NCBI RefSeq assembly: GCF_006345805.1
Contig: NC_042999.1
Location: forward strand, 90,706,001-90,770,000
Origin: Octopus sinensis
Taxonomy: Eukaryota
DNA length: 64,000 nt
Direction of reading: 5' to 3'
Part shown: in pieces, positions 11,417 through 23,147 of the stretch
Numbering within the stretch: position 1 is the first letter of the stretch
Layout of the letters: the number at the start of each line of letters is the position of its first letter
Position numbers and translations under genes: made by a program
Notes under the pieces: model-generated
The model's database searches: none
Told to the model about the DNA's origin: nothing
The model's input: only the letters and a program-made list of their open reading frames with translations

Positions 11417-12748
11417 GTATAAATGTTACTGCATGGTTGTAAAAAGAGGGAAAATTGTAAAACAGACAAGCAACATCTCCATCAATGACTTAACTGTTTC
11501 TCCTATATATGACGAAGAATATTACAGGTATCTAGGGGGTGGATGAAAATATATCTTACAATGGCACCTGTAACGAAACACGTGTCACTGAAGAATATTA
11601 CAGCCGAATAAAGAAAATTTGGACCTCGGAACTCTCTGCATTCAATAAAACAGTGGCCCACAATGTGTTTGAAGTGCCAGTACTCATACCAACATTTGAG
11701 CTGCTTGATTGGATGCTTAATGAGTCCTGAGCTATTGATGTGGAAACCCAGAAGATACTAACAAGCATAAGACCATGCATAGATATGTTGGTAGAAAGCT
11801 CCGAGATAATATTAACATTGACCATCAAAGCAGTCTATCATAGTCCAACGACCAGATTACTACTTCCCACTTTGAAGGGTTTGCTTTTACAATCCAAAAA
11901 CAAGAAATACCAACCAAATACCTGATGAATAAAAAGGACAGAGATGCAGAAAAAGCAGCAAAATGTGACAACCGACGCAGACTTTGTGGAGTTAACATCG
12001 AAAATATCACTCACATCATAAGCAATTGTCCGAAAATGTCATCACGGTATTATCTTTCGATGAAACATGAAGTTGTAGCTAGGACACTATATAATGAAAT
12101 CCATCGGAAGCATAACCCCGAGGACAAAGAAATAAGAACCCACAGCCACTCATAATAAAAAGGAGTACTGGTGGAATGCCCCAGTGAAAACTTCAATATA
12201 ATGTATACACAAAAGACCTGATATAATGATTTGGGACAAAGAAGACAAAATGTGTACAGTTGTGGAAATCAGCTGTCCAACTGTCCAACTGATATTAACA
12301 TAAAGCTCAAGATTAGGGAAAAAGAAAATACTTATGCTGAACTATTGAGAAGTCTACAGTTACTCTATCCAGGTTACAAGATCAGGTTTATAGGTGTAAT
12401 TATTGGAGCACTGGGATATATAACCCTTTGCTTAAATACCAATTTTGAGAAATTAGTCACCTCAAAACCAGAAAGTAGAAAGTCATCACTGGAACTATAA
12501 AAATCTGTAAAACTTTCCAGAAGTCTATCATTTAAATATATACAAGCATGTCTAGATATGCAACTATATGCATGACAATACATATATATGACAAAACATA
12601 CAAATCTGCACATATACATACATACATTCATACATACATACATACAAAAATACCCTGTTGTTGATGTTGAAATTCCAATGAAGGATCTAGGTTAGAAATC
12701 GGGTCTTTCTATATTGGCAAGAAATCTTGAAATAAACCTGAATAATGA
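11417..12748 (+). mobile_element. R4/Dong-clade LINE 3' part, (CATA)n family copy B
   Basis: KCYCMVVKRGK...YRYLG-DENISYNG...RIKKIWTSELSAFNK; zinc knuckle RLCGVNIENITHIISNCPKMSSRYY; RLE HKRPDIMIWD...VEISCP...KENTYAELLRSLQLLYP; internal deletion; (CATA)n on both sides. Confidence 0.9.
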
Positions 12749-12814
12749 TATACATGCATACATACATACATACATACATACATACATACATGCATACATA
12801 TGTGTTATCACGAA

Positions 12815-13348
12815 TGCAGTATAGAATGCCGTTCGTAAAACAAGACTATCCTGGAATAAATATAGAAAATCCCTCTGTTACTGAATACATACACAAACAT
12901 CAACACAAGGAATACTGGTTGAAGCTTTCCATTGAAATATCAGTCAAGTGTAAACATAAAGACCGGATATTGTTATTAGGGACAGACAAGAAAAACTATG
13001 TACCGTCATGGAGGTCAGCTGTCCTGCTGCTATGAATATTACTTTGAAAATCAAAGCGAAAGAGGGCACCTAAGGACAACCAATAATTATTGGTGTACTT
13101 GGTTGTATGAATAAGTGCCTAAATGACAACATGGATAAACTAGCGTTTTCAGAAAACAAAATCAACCGACTAACTTGCGCGTTACATATACAATCTGTAA
13201 GTGGAACAGTAAAAACATGCAAAACTTTACACAAGTTTAAAATGTGAAATTGCTTTTATCAAAATTCCAACGATGGTGTTTTGTATCTTTGCTAGAAACC
13301 AGTCCCTTCCTGAGAAGAAGAATTCAGCTAATTAAAAACAGAAGAGAG
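12815..13348 (+). mobile_element. R4/Dong-clade LINE 3' fragment, (CATA)n family copy C
   Basis: KEYWLKLSIEISVKCKHK-RPDIVIRDRQEKLCTVMEVSCP...PIIIGVLGCMNKCL...QSVSGTVKTCKTL; 3'UTR motif, then (CATA)n at 13349-13489. Confidence 0.85.
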
Positions 13349-13458
13349 AACACATACATACATACATACATGCATGCATGCATACATTCATACATCCATA
13401 CATACATGCATGCATGCATACATACATACATACATACATACATACATACATACATACA

Positions 13459-13489
<31 letters not shown>

Positions 13490-13491
<2 letters not shown>

Positions 13492-13800
13492 GCAGAACCT
13501 CTATCTGATTACAAATTCATGTTTATACCAATAGTCATTGGTATACTTGGTTATGTTAGTTAATACCTTACAAGTGAATAAGTGACAATCCGGAAAAGTT
13601 AGGATGTGAAATCAAAGAAATAAGCCGACTAACACGAATATTAGAGATAAATCTGTAAGTGGAAAAGTAAAAATATGTGAGACGTACTGTAATTTCGTTA
13701 TGTATCAATTATCATTGTAATTTAGATTCCAATGAGAGAGCTTTTGTTACTTTGTTGGAAGCCAGCTCCCTCCTAGAAAGGATACAAATAAGTAATAAGG
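13490..13800 (+). mobile_element. R4/Dong-clade LINE 3' fragment, (CATA)n family copy D
   Basis: DYKFMFIPIVIGILGYVS (ORF 13378..13563) and ICKWKSKN remnant; 3'UTR motif, then CATAC/(CA)n/(TA)n. Confidence 0.75.
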
Positions 13801-13808
13801 CATACATG

Positions 13809-13904
<96 letters not shown>

Positions 13905-13906
<2 letters not shown>

Positions 13907-14505
13907 CAAGATGCAATCAAATAAAACTTATGATGTTGTCACACTTCTACCCCCAAATACCTCACAATACTAAAACATACAATATTATTTGTAGGAAAGG
14001 TTCCTGGGGGATAAATATAGATAATTCCCAGATTGAATACTTATATAGATATTAACTGAAGGAATATTGACGGAACATTCCCATAGAATACTCCCCATGA
14101 ATAAGCATAACAGACCTGATATAGTTGTTTATGAGAGTAAAAATCAAATTATGTAGAGTCACAGAGGTCAGCTGCCCGGCAAACGTGAACGTATCTTCCA
14201 AAATCAGTGAAGAGAAATCTGTAATTTCTCTGTTCTGACATTTACTTCACAATTATTCTAATAATTAATGGAGTACTTAGATATTCCGGTAAATATTTAT
14301 ATTTGGTTTTCCAGGCAAGAAAGTGACTAACTAACATGTACTTTATAAATACAATCTGTTGTCAGAGAAAAAAGCAAAAAAAGAATTCCCCTCTAAAAGA
14401 AAAAAAAACCTAGAAAAATTCAACATGTAAAATTCATCTTTTTTATTAATCAAAAGTTGCTCCTTCATCCAGGGAAAAATTCAATTAACTAATATAGGAA
14501 GACAC
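13905..14505 (+). mobile_element. R4/Dong-clade LINE 3' fragment, (CATA)n family copy E
   Basis: NKHNRPDIVVYE and agaggtcagctgcccggcaaacgtgaac (EVSCPANVN); degenerate 3'UTR motif and degenerate CATA tail near 14500. Confidence 0.7.
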
Positions 14506-15274
14506 ACTTACATAAATACTTACATGCAGCAGCATAGCTGTAACAGCAAAGATGTAACAACATTCACATTAATAATATTTAGGTAAATCAGTGAGAATTA
14601 AGTTTTTATACTAAAACTCAACCCATAAAAGCATTTATTTTAGTAGAAAATTTGTAAAATACTAGAATTATAGGTATGTGACGGCATAGCAGGATGAATT
14701 AGTTAAATGTAGTAGTATTAAGTTACGTAATATATAGTTATGCTGAAGCGAGGTGTTTTGGTATGGCTGAAGTAGGTGTATACGCGGAGTAAATAAGTTG
14801 ATGTGTCTGGTGGGTTCAGTAGGTTACAAAGGTAGTTAACTAATTGTTCTTTTGTTTTTGTTTAGTCCTTCTTCACTCCTGACAGACAGCTCTGATAGAG
14901 CAGACCTATCATCAGCTATAATTGTTGTGTCTGATTTTCAAGTATAGCGCATTTACGAACATATCGAATACGAATGTTTCTTTTTAAAGATGATAGGGTG
15001 GGTTTGAAAGAGATTTATCGGTTATATCTAGCAGGTCATTAGCTTCTTCCTTCACTTGAAATAGCTGACAACTAGTTTTTAGAACTGCTGAGTGTTTCTA
15101 TTCCAACAAATCTTGAATTATTGATTAAATGAAGGAATACGTACTGGTTACAGCAATAAATTATATCGATTTTATTGAATTCTTTAAAAAAATTTACTGT
15201 TCATATTTTAAATAGAGTAATTAAATATTTTAAAATAAATTTAGCTGTATGTGATGAACGTATGTTGCTAATTA

Positions 15275-16045
15275 TTTATTGTGCTAGGGTGTTAATGGGT
15301 AACCCCAGTAGATTACTAACTGCTGATCGCAGTTAGTTTGTAGCAGATAACCACAGGGGTTGCAAATATGTGATCATTGCACCTTACTTGTTGATTAGGC
15401 ACTGATCAACATTCATTGAGAAGTCTTATGAGGAAAGCCATTCCTGCTGTAATTAACCCCTATTTTATTAAGATAGCACATCTAGGGCTATATGAATTAA
15501 TGTATATTTCCTGCTTCCTTTTCTGTTCGTAGCAGAGTAAGCTACCACCAGATAAAGGTTGCCTTGCTAACTCGCAAATATAGGTAGGTGATTGCCGTGA
15601 TTCTAAATGGTTGATCAGAGAATATTACGGGTAAAAACATTGGTTACTAGGTTTTATTAATGTGCAATTACATATGAGTAGTAATGGCTGATCTGAGAGG
15701 TTATTGATGCCTAATTAATGGGTGCCTATAATAGGTTATTAATGGCTGACATGAAGGCTTTGTCAGGTTACCACTGGCTGTTGCTAATGAGTAACTATGG
15801 CAGATTACTGATTGGTGATAAAAGTAAATTTTTGTGAATGACTACAAAAGATTAATGATAGTAAGAAGTGGATAATCACAAAGAAGTTATTTGTGCGATC
15901 ACATTTGGTTAATTAGGGACGAGAGCAAAGGGTTATTAATGGGCGATAAATAGTTTTCTATGTGACCGTAGTAGTTTATGAATGGGTGAACACAGTAGTT
16001 TACAAAAGGGTAATCACAATAGTTTATTGATGGATAATCACATAG
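15275..16045. repeat. Highly degenerate 24-bp minisatellite
   Basis: Units such as agtagtttatgaatgggtgaacac / agtagtttacaaaagggtaatcac / aatagtttattgatggataatcac, and agtagattactaactgctgatcgc / agttagtttgtagcagataaccac. Confidence 0.65.
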
Positions 16046-17540
16046 ATAGCCATAGAATTTCCTTTTAATCCCTACTTACTGACTTAAAAGTAAGGATGCA
16101 TTAAATAATATAGCCCTTGATGTACAAAAATAGATATATGAGATTATCAAAGCTGGAAAACCTTTAATCATTGATTAGGATTGATCTGGGGCAAAGCAAC
16201 AACAATTAGTATGAGACGCAAGAAGTTGGGAATGAATGATCACAGTAAGCTACTTATCACACTAAAACGTTCCTTAGATTTATCACACAAAACCAAACGT
16301 TTTGAATTACGATATATATATTGGATGTGCACGGCATACAATTCTTTCATCTTTTTAGCTACTATGAAGACAGTCATAATTTTATATATAAAGCACTAAT
16401 TCTGTAGAAAATACTTTTGATACAGTATTTTAGCATTTTCTGAAGATGACAAATGCACTGGGAGGTAAAATGTCATTGAAACGATAGGCGACTTGACCTG
16501 AAATGAATAGCCTATCAATAATATTTGGAAGTTGTAGGAGGAGGAAATCTGATAACTATTTGTGACAAAATGAAATAAATATCAATCTCTGAAATATGTT
16601 ATTGACCTTAAGCCATTTCAATACTTAATTACTCATATACTTTCAAATGACTTCTGAATGGTAAGTTATTCATATTTATTTTTTTATAGAAACAACAAAT
16701 GAATATCAATAATTGTTATTAAAGCAACTAATACGAAGTTTTAAGAGCAAAAAAAGAAAAACAGTTTCTTATTAAATATATAAATACAGAAATAAGAAAA
16801 TATTGTTAATAAGCAAGTTAAATGGAAATAAATTGGTTTTATAGTTCTACATATATGTAAATAGTTATATTCATTTATCGAAGAATTTTGTGTCCAAATA
16901 CAGCCTACATCTTTGGTAATTTATAATCTCATGAATATTAACAATTTCTAAATTCTATCTACTTTGGTGGAGTCTCCGAAGATAAATTGAAAGAACAAAA
17001 AATATACTGAAGGAAAAGAAAGTCATTTAAGAAGCTTATAGCTATTGATCTTATTCAGAAAAAACAATGGTCATATATCAAATAGCAACAGCTAAGTGTA
17101 ACACCCGGAGCCCAAATTCTGTTAGAATGCCAACCAGCCGTCGTCTGTAATTTTCATAGAATCAAAACTGTTACGAGCCAGACGAGTTCACACTCCATAC
17201 AGTCTAACCAGCTAGTGTAAATAAAATGTAACACCCCCTCACTCGAATGAAGCATGTACATTTCTCTGAATTGGTTCTAAATGTGATATCAAACAGTTTG
17301 AGCTGTTAATGTTATGACACCGGAAAAAAAAGACAACGATATAGCTGAAGCCTAAAGCAATTTCGTTACATTGAGCTTGCGTTTCTAAAAATTACATACA
17401 CTTGTACATTTGTACAGACATCTTGTACACAGTTGGTAACATCGCGGACAAGTGATGTAATCGTGACCAGGTGGTAGAGTTCAGAGCAATACATAACACC
17501 AGACATGAGAGTAACAACCTACTTCTTTAATCATCACTGT

Positions 17541-17625
17541 ACATACATACATACATACATACATACATACATACATACATACATACATACATACATACAC
17601 GCACATACATACATACATACATACA

Positions 17626-17657
<32 letters not shown>
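17541..17657. repeat. (CATA)n microsatellite
   Basis: Visible run. Confidence 0.97.
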
Positions 17658-17658
<1 letters not shown>

Positions 17659-18629
17659 GCACGTGTGTGCGCGTGAGCGTGTGCGTGAGTGTATATAGAG
17701 AGATACGCCCACACACACAATAAAAACAACAGCCATCCCCCATCTATTTCCTCGATGCACCGCGTCAACCACCATAACGTACATCCACCACTTGTACAGA
17801 CCACTATAACTAACATATTATATAGTCATCAATAGACTAGTACCACCACCTAAATGTCACTAACACCTATGCAGTACTACAACAATAACCATTAGACGAG
17901 TGCGTTCATATTATTAAAGATCTGGTAGTATAGCAGTGAGAGAAGTTTAACTTAATGTTTGTCATAGAAAACATTTTGAGTTCTCTTTTCCACACCACTG
18001 AGTTAGTGAGAGTCAGTGACTATGAACGAACTCTTAATTGTTCAGGTTAAAAGTTTATACTAATATCACATGTATAAAGACATTACAACACTAAAATTAC
18101 CTTATTGAAACAATGACCAAGCAGTCTGTTATAATTCGAATTATATTAGCAATTTAAACTGACGCAACAACATTAGATTGCCTTTACTATTGCTTTCTAC
18201 TTAGGAGACACCATAATTTTGCAAAGATGTTGACAGAAAAAAAAAGAAAGATTTTAAAAGTTTTCGTGTCTTAAATTATGCTCCGCCATCGTAATAAACC
18301 ATTTATCCTCCTAGGCGTAATTTTGCTCACGCGATATCTAGTACTTTTATTTCAATTCTTCCTCTTAAAAATATATAAAAAATCGACCAACTACAGCTCA
18401 ATCTTTATTCCGGATTGTATCTTCAGACTTTATTTCCTGTCGTGTCTTCCTGACGTTTATAGTTATATGGTTTCGTGTTCTTTTAGTTAACCGAGAAAGC
18501 AAAAACAAAAACAAAAAAACCAACAACACCACCAACAACCAAAATACGAAAAAAATCAACTGTAACAGCAATTATGACTATGAAGTCAACAACAGCAGCA
18601 TTAAGAGTAACAACTTGAATATTTATGTT

Positions 18630-18775
18630 AATAATAATAATGATAACGATGATGATGATGATGATGATGATGGTGATGAAGATGGTGCTGATGATAATAA
18701 TCATGATGATGATGATGATAATGATCAAGATGATAATAGTGATGAGGCTGATGATAATGATGATGATAATGATAA
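18630..18775. repeat. (GAT)/(AAT) degenerate trinucleotide tract
   Basis: Visible; source of the poly-D, poly-M and poly-I ORFs. Confidence 0.9.
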
Positions 18776-18789
18776 CAGAGATGCTCCAA

Positions 18790-19128
18790 AAGTTATTGAA
18801 AGAGTAGAATTCAAGAACCAAAGGAAGAACAACAGAGCAAGGAGATGGAAAGAAATGGAATTACATGGCCAATTCATGCTGCAAACAGGTGTTGAAAGTA
18901 AAGAACGCTAGCTATGATTGACGGACATAAGCCTGAAATAAAAGTCCAAAGCACTAATTATATCCACTCAGGAACAAGAACAAGCCATTCGAGCAAATCT
19001 GATAAAATCAAAGATCGACAAAAACTCAGTCAGATAAATATAGAATCTGTCAGAAGGGAGACGAAAGTATGCAATAAACAATAAGTTGAGTGAATTCGAT
19101 AAGCTAGCACAAAATGTGTATGAGTGCA
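18790..19128 (+). mobile_element. Older R4-clade LINE, post-RT fragment (5' half of a split copy)
   Basis: EFKNQRKNNRARRWKEMELHGQF...ALIISTQEQ..AIRANLIKSKIDK...RICQKGDES...KLAQNVYE. Confidence 0.8.
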
Positions 19129-19130
19129 AT

Positions 19131-19167
19131 CACCACCACCACCACCACCACCACCACCACCACCACC
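19131..19167. repeat. (CAC)n microsatellite at the junction of two R4 fragments
   Basis: Visible run. Confidence 0.95.
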
Positions 19168-19169
19168 AT

Positions 19170-19735
19170 TTTTTATGCTGAATTCCTTCACTTCCCTAAC
19201 TGAAATGACTAGTTCTATCTGTTTTGGACACATTACTGTTTGTTTCAGTTCTTACAACCATCCAGCATCCTTCTTATGCTCCTTGTCTTTGTTCCAGATG
19301 TCACACCGGAACCTTTGACTTTCAATGTTATCTGGTATTAACTTTTCATCTGTACACACTCCATTTATTTCTTTATAGGATATCTTCTGATCTACTCTGA
19401 ATAACCTATTCTGCTGGTATCCCTTCATTCTTTGGTCGTATCTTACTATCTTTGCTTTCTTTGCAACGAGGCGCTGTTTCAGTTCCTCCATTACCAATTT
19501 CGGGCCCTTTCTTTCAATATCATACTTGCTGTTCAGTGCCCTGTATTTTCGTTAGCTTTTAAGATCCTCCTCTTTTCGGTCTAACACAGAAATGTCCTTC
19601 GAGAATATATCTGACCCTACATGTACTCTGCTTTTCCACCATGGATATTTTCTTTTGTCTGTCGCATTATATTTCTTTTTCTTGACGTCAACACCCACAT
19701 TTTCTGCTACAACAATACTTGCTGCCTTGATCAAA
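19170..19735 (-). mobile_element. R4-clade LINE pre-RT fragment, opposite orientation
   Basis: PWWKSR...EELKQRLVAKKAKIVRYDQRMKGYQQNRLFRVDQK...DIWNKDKEHKKDAGWL (ORFs 19552..19734 and 19252..19497). Confidence 0.85.
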
Positions 19736-20568
19736 TTGCATGTTTATGTGATGTTTTTAAAGAAACATGAAATTAAAGAAACCAGCATGGATGAACGTGA
19801 TACACTCCCTAAAATCCGCAACTCTAACCAAAACATGAAAATAATTGGTAAAATCCGGCTTGCACTTAAGGATATAATTTCAGCTAATGATGTTGATATC
19901 ACAAATCTCAACCACCTATACTATGCAGCCGCGAAAATCTCAACGATCCTATGTGGTGTAAAGATTAGAAAACGGCAACATTCCCACAAAAGCCTTCTTG
20001 GCAAGAACGTTTGCAACAACAAATTAAACTATTTAGATCTGACATTGAATATTTGAAAAACCTTAAGGTTCACAAGACTGCCAAACCTACAAAAACCCCC
20101 AAATTACTGAAAAAATACAATATGAAAACTATACTTGATATTGATGCCACCATAGAAACCATCAAACAAAAGGTATCTGCCAAAGCTGCCCGCATAGCGA
20201 GGTATGAAAAGCGTGTTAGATTTTTCAAGGACAACAACATGTTCAAAAATAACCCCAAGAATTTTTACAGGAAGATAGGAAAAACAGCGTTTACTGTAAG
20301 GTCTGTACCATCAAAAGAAGTGCAGGGATTTTGGAATAAAATTTGGGCAGAAGAACACACAACGAAAAGACCCCTGGATTGACAAAATATCTACAGAACT
20401 GGACTCCTTAGAAGAGCAAAAGTGGGAGGGTGTCAAGGTAGAAGATATAAGATCTGCTCTCAGGAGGTCAAGCAAATGGAAGTCTCCAGGAAAGTATAAA
20501 ATTCCTAACTTCTGGCTGAATGCCTTCCCAGAGAGCCTGAACTGCAAACAGAACTGTACAATGATGTT

Positions 20569-21930
20569 TTGCAACACCCTAGTATGATGCCTCCTTGGCT
20601 AGTTAATGGGTTAACATTCCTGCTTCCAAAAAGTGAAGAAACAAATGAACCAAAAAACTATAGACCCATAACCTGCTTAACAACTATGTATAAAACGCTA
20701 ACATCTGTCCTGACGGAATATACTTATAGTTTATTAACAGGCAGCAGCATATTCCCTAATGAACAGAAAGGATGTAAACGTGGATCCTACGGCTGTAAAG
20801 ATCAATTACTCATCAATAAGATGATCTTAGAAGATTGTCACAAACGACACAAAATCTTATCAATAGCCTGGATAGACTATAAAAAGGCTTTTGATAGCCT
20901 ACCACATAGCTGGATTAGGAAATGCCTGGAAATGTATAAGATAGCACCGACTCTGCGAAACTTTTTGACTGTAAGTATGAGATCATGGAGAACCACACTA
21001 ACTCTGAACAGTGACAATGAATCCCTAAATGCTGGTGATGTAAAAATTTCATGTGGCATTTTCCAGGGTGACTCACTGTCACCACTCCTCTTTTGTTTAG
21101 CCTTAATACCTCTCACAAAACTGCTCAATGACGCGCAGTACGGGTATAAAATGTTTAATAAAAATATAAATCATCTCATTTACATGGATGATTTAAAACT
21201 TTTTGCAAAAGATGACCAACAACTCAAGGGCTTACTAGCGATAGTCAAACAATTCAGTGACGACATCAGAATGCAATTCGGCCTCGATAAATGTGCAAAA
21301 GCTACCTTTATCAAAGGAAGAATGACAGAAACATCTAACGTTAACCTCGACCAGCAGAATGCCATAAAAGAACTAGACCCAGCGGAGAGCTACAAGTACC
21401 TAGGGGTAATTGAAGGGAACGGAATAAGGCATTCAGAGATGAAGGAAAGGGTCAGGAGAGAATGTTATCGAAGAGTGAGAGCAATACTCAAGACAGAGCT
21501 GAATGCAAAAAACAGGATCGAAGCGATCAATGCATTAGCCATACCAGTCGTGACTTACAGTTACAATATCGTTAACTGGTCAATTACTGAAATATGTCAG
21601 CTCGACAGAAAAATACGAAAACTGATGACAATGCATAGAATGCACCACTCTAAGGCAGATACAGAACGACTTTATCTAACAAGAAAAGAGGGAGGGCGTG
21701 GTCTTTTACAACTGGCAATAACAATGAAGATTGCTACAATTGGCCTAGACACCTACCTAAAAAAGCCTGAGGACTGGATGTTAAAACTTGTCTCAAAATA
21801 TGAAAACAAGAAAGCATCATACTCAGTAACAAAACAGGCAAAGGAATATCTAAGTGAATTCCGAATACAACAAATTTCGGAATTAGAGATAGACATACAA
21901 GAAACAAGCACAGAAAAGCTAGGCGCATGA
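20569..21930 (+). CDS. Reverse transcriptase portion of the R4/Dong ORF (frameshift-bounded)
   Basis: 453-aa ORF with RT motifs including HLIYMDDLKLFAK and SYKYLGV. Confidence 0.95.
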   Translation: MQHPSMMPPWLVNGLTFLLPKSEETNEPKNYRPITCLTTMYKTLTSVLTEYTYSLLTGSSIFPNEQKGCKRGSYGCKDQLLINKMILEDCHKRHKILSIAWIDYKKAFDSLPHSWIRKCLEMYKIAPTLRNFLTVSMRSWRTTLTLNSDNESLNAGDVKISCGIFQGDSLSPLLFCLALIPLTKLLNDAQYGYKMFNKNINHLIYMDDLKLFAKDDQQLKGLLAIVKQFSDDIRMQFGLDKCAKATFIKGRMTETSNVNLDQQNAIKELDPAESYKYLGVIEGNGIRHSEMKERVRRECYRRVRAILKTELNAKNRIEAINALAIPVVTYSYNIVNWSITEICQLDRKIRKLMTMHRMHHSKADTERLYLTRKEGGRGLLQLAITMKIATIGLDTYLKKPEDWMLKLVSKYENKKASYSVTKQAKEYLSEFRIQQISELEIDIQETSTEKLGA

Positions 21931-22739
21931 AAACCTGTGCCAAAACTGCGGCCTTAGATATTCTGAATAATAAATGGCAAGAAAAACCTCTCTATGGCAA
22001 ATACCCAAAGAGAGCGAATAATGCAGATATTGACAAAGCCCTGACCCATCAATGGCTAATGGCCTCTGGCTTAAAATCTGAAACAGAAGGGTTTATCATA
22101 GCAGCTCAAGATCAATGCCTACCAACAAGAAACTACCAAGCCAACATATTAAAGAACGGCAGTAGCCCAACGTGTCGTGTATGCCGACAACAAAATGAAA
22201 CCATTGATCATGTTGTCTCCAAATGCAGTCTTCTAACGCCTACAGAGTACCTCAACAGGCATGATAGAGCTGCACAATATATTCACTGGGTAATTTGCAG
22301 AAACCTGGATTTGCCCCACGAAAAAAACTGGTGGGAACACAATCCACCTCCAGTGCCTGAAAATGACCACATCTCACTCCTCTGGAACTTCACCATTCAA
22401 ACTGACAAAAAGATAGATGTAAATAGGCCAGACATCATATTGAAAGACTTCAGACAAAGAACATGCCTCCTCATTGATATGACTGTCCCAATCGATATAA
22501 ACGTATCTGTCAAGACCTACCAAAAACTGAGCAAATATAAAGATCTTGAAATAGAAATCAGCAAAATGTGGAACCTGAAGACTAAAACAATACCTGTTGT
22601 CATAGGTGCCCTGGGAATGATAGCGAAAGGGGCTGATTGCTACCTAACTCAGATACCAGGAAACCCCAAAATGGCAGAACTTCAAAAGATAGTGCTCATG
22701 GGAACTGCTCATATCCTACGCAAAATACTCTCTATGTAA
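21927..22739 (+). CDS. Zinc knuckle plus restriction-like endonuclease portion of the R4/Dong ORF
   Basis: CRVCRQQNETIDHVVSKC; NRPDIILKD...LIDMTVP...KLSKYKDL...TIPVVIGALG. Confidence 0.95.
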   Translation: MKTCAKTAALDILNNKWQEKPLYGKYPKRANNADIDKALTHQWLMASGLKSETEGFIIAAQDQCLPTRNYQANILKNGSSPTCRVCRQQNETIDHVVSKCSLLTPTEYLNRHDRAAQYIHWVICRNLDLPHEKNWWEHNPPPVPENDHISLLWNFTIQTDKKIDVNRPDIILKDFRQRTCLLIDMTVPIDINVSVKTYQKLSKYKDLEIEISKMWNLKTKTIPVVIGALGMIAKGADCYLTQIPGNPKMAELQKIVLMGTAHILRKILSM

Positions 22740-22931
22740 TCCCAAGGTTTAAAACAAACTTTTTTTAAAAAATTTATTTATCAGACATTCACTAGTATAA
22801 CACCAAAAATAAACCCCAAATATATGGCACACTAGGCATAACAACAACGTGAACTTCCAACCTGTTGTCTGTTGAGGTTTCTGGGTGAGACTTGGAGCCA
22901 TCTTGTACAGACAAAGCAAAAGTCAAACATA

Positions 22932-22969
22932 GAATAATAATAATAATGATAATAATAATAATAATAATA

Positions 22970-23036
<67 letters not shown>

Positions 23037-23050
23037 TATCATTATTATTT
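22932..23050. repeat. (AAT)n tail or target microsatellite
   Basis: Visible run right after the LINE 3'UTR. Confidence 0.97.
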
Positions 23051-23147
23051 TCAAGATAAATACTCAAGCTATAACTCATAATACTGCTAGTGTTGATTTC
23101 ATAAGAATAGTTTCTGTTGTTGTTGATTCGGTTTCGTATTTTTGAGT

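Larger units (their letters stand above)
19738..22930 (+). mobile_element. Near-complete R4/Dong-clade non-LTR retrotransposon (5'-truncated, about 4 frameshifts or stops) with (AAT)n tail
   Basis: Pre-RT region, RT (NYRPITCL, WIDYKKAFDSLPH, GIFQGDSLSP, YMDD), CCHC knuckle, PD-(D/E)xK RLE, 3'UTR, then (AAT)n. Confidence 0.97.

Noticed and set aside
15275-16045. CRISPR-like array
   Set aside because: Units are contiguous and degenerate, with no repeat-spacer alternation and no cas genes; the context is eukaryotic.
17097-17320. Several TGTAAC/TGTTAC starts suggesting a solo LTR
   Set aside because: No paired TG...CA boundary with TSD, PBS or PPT could be identified.
19170-20560. Twin-priming 5' inversion of the near-complete R4 element
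   Set aside because: The inverted fragment covers the same homologous region as the + strand element but with a very different protein sequence, so it is a different family.
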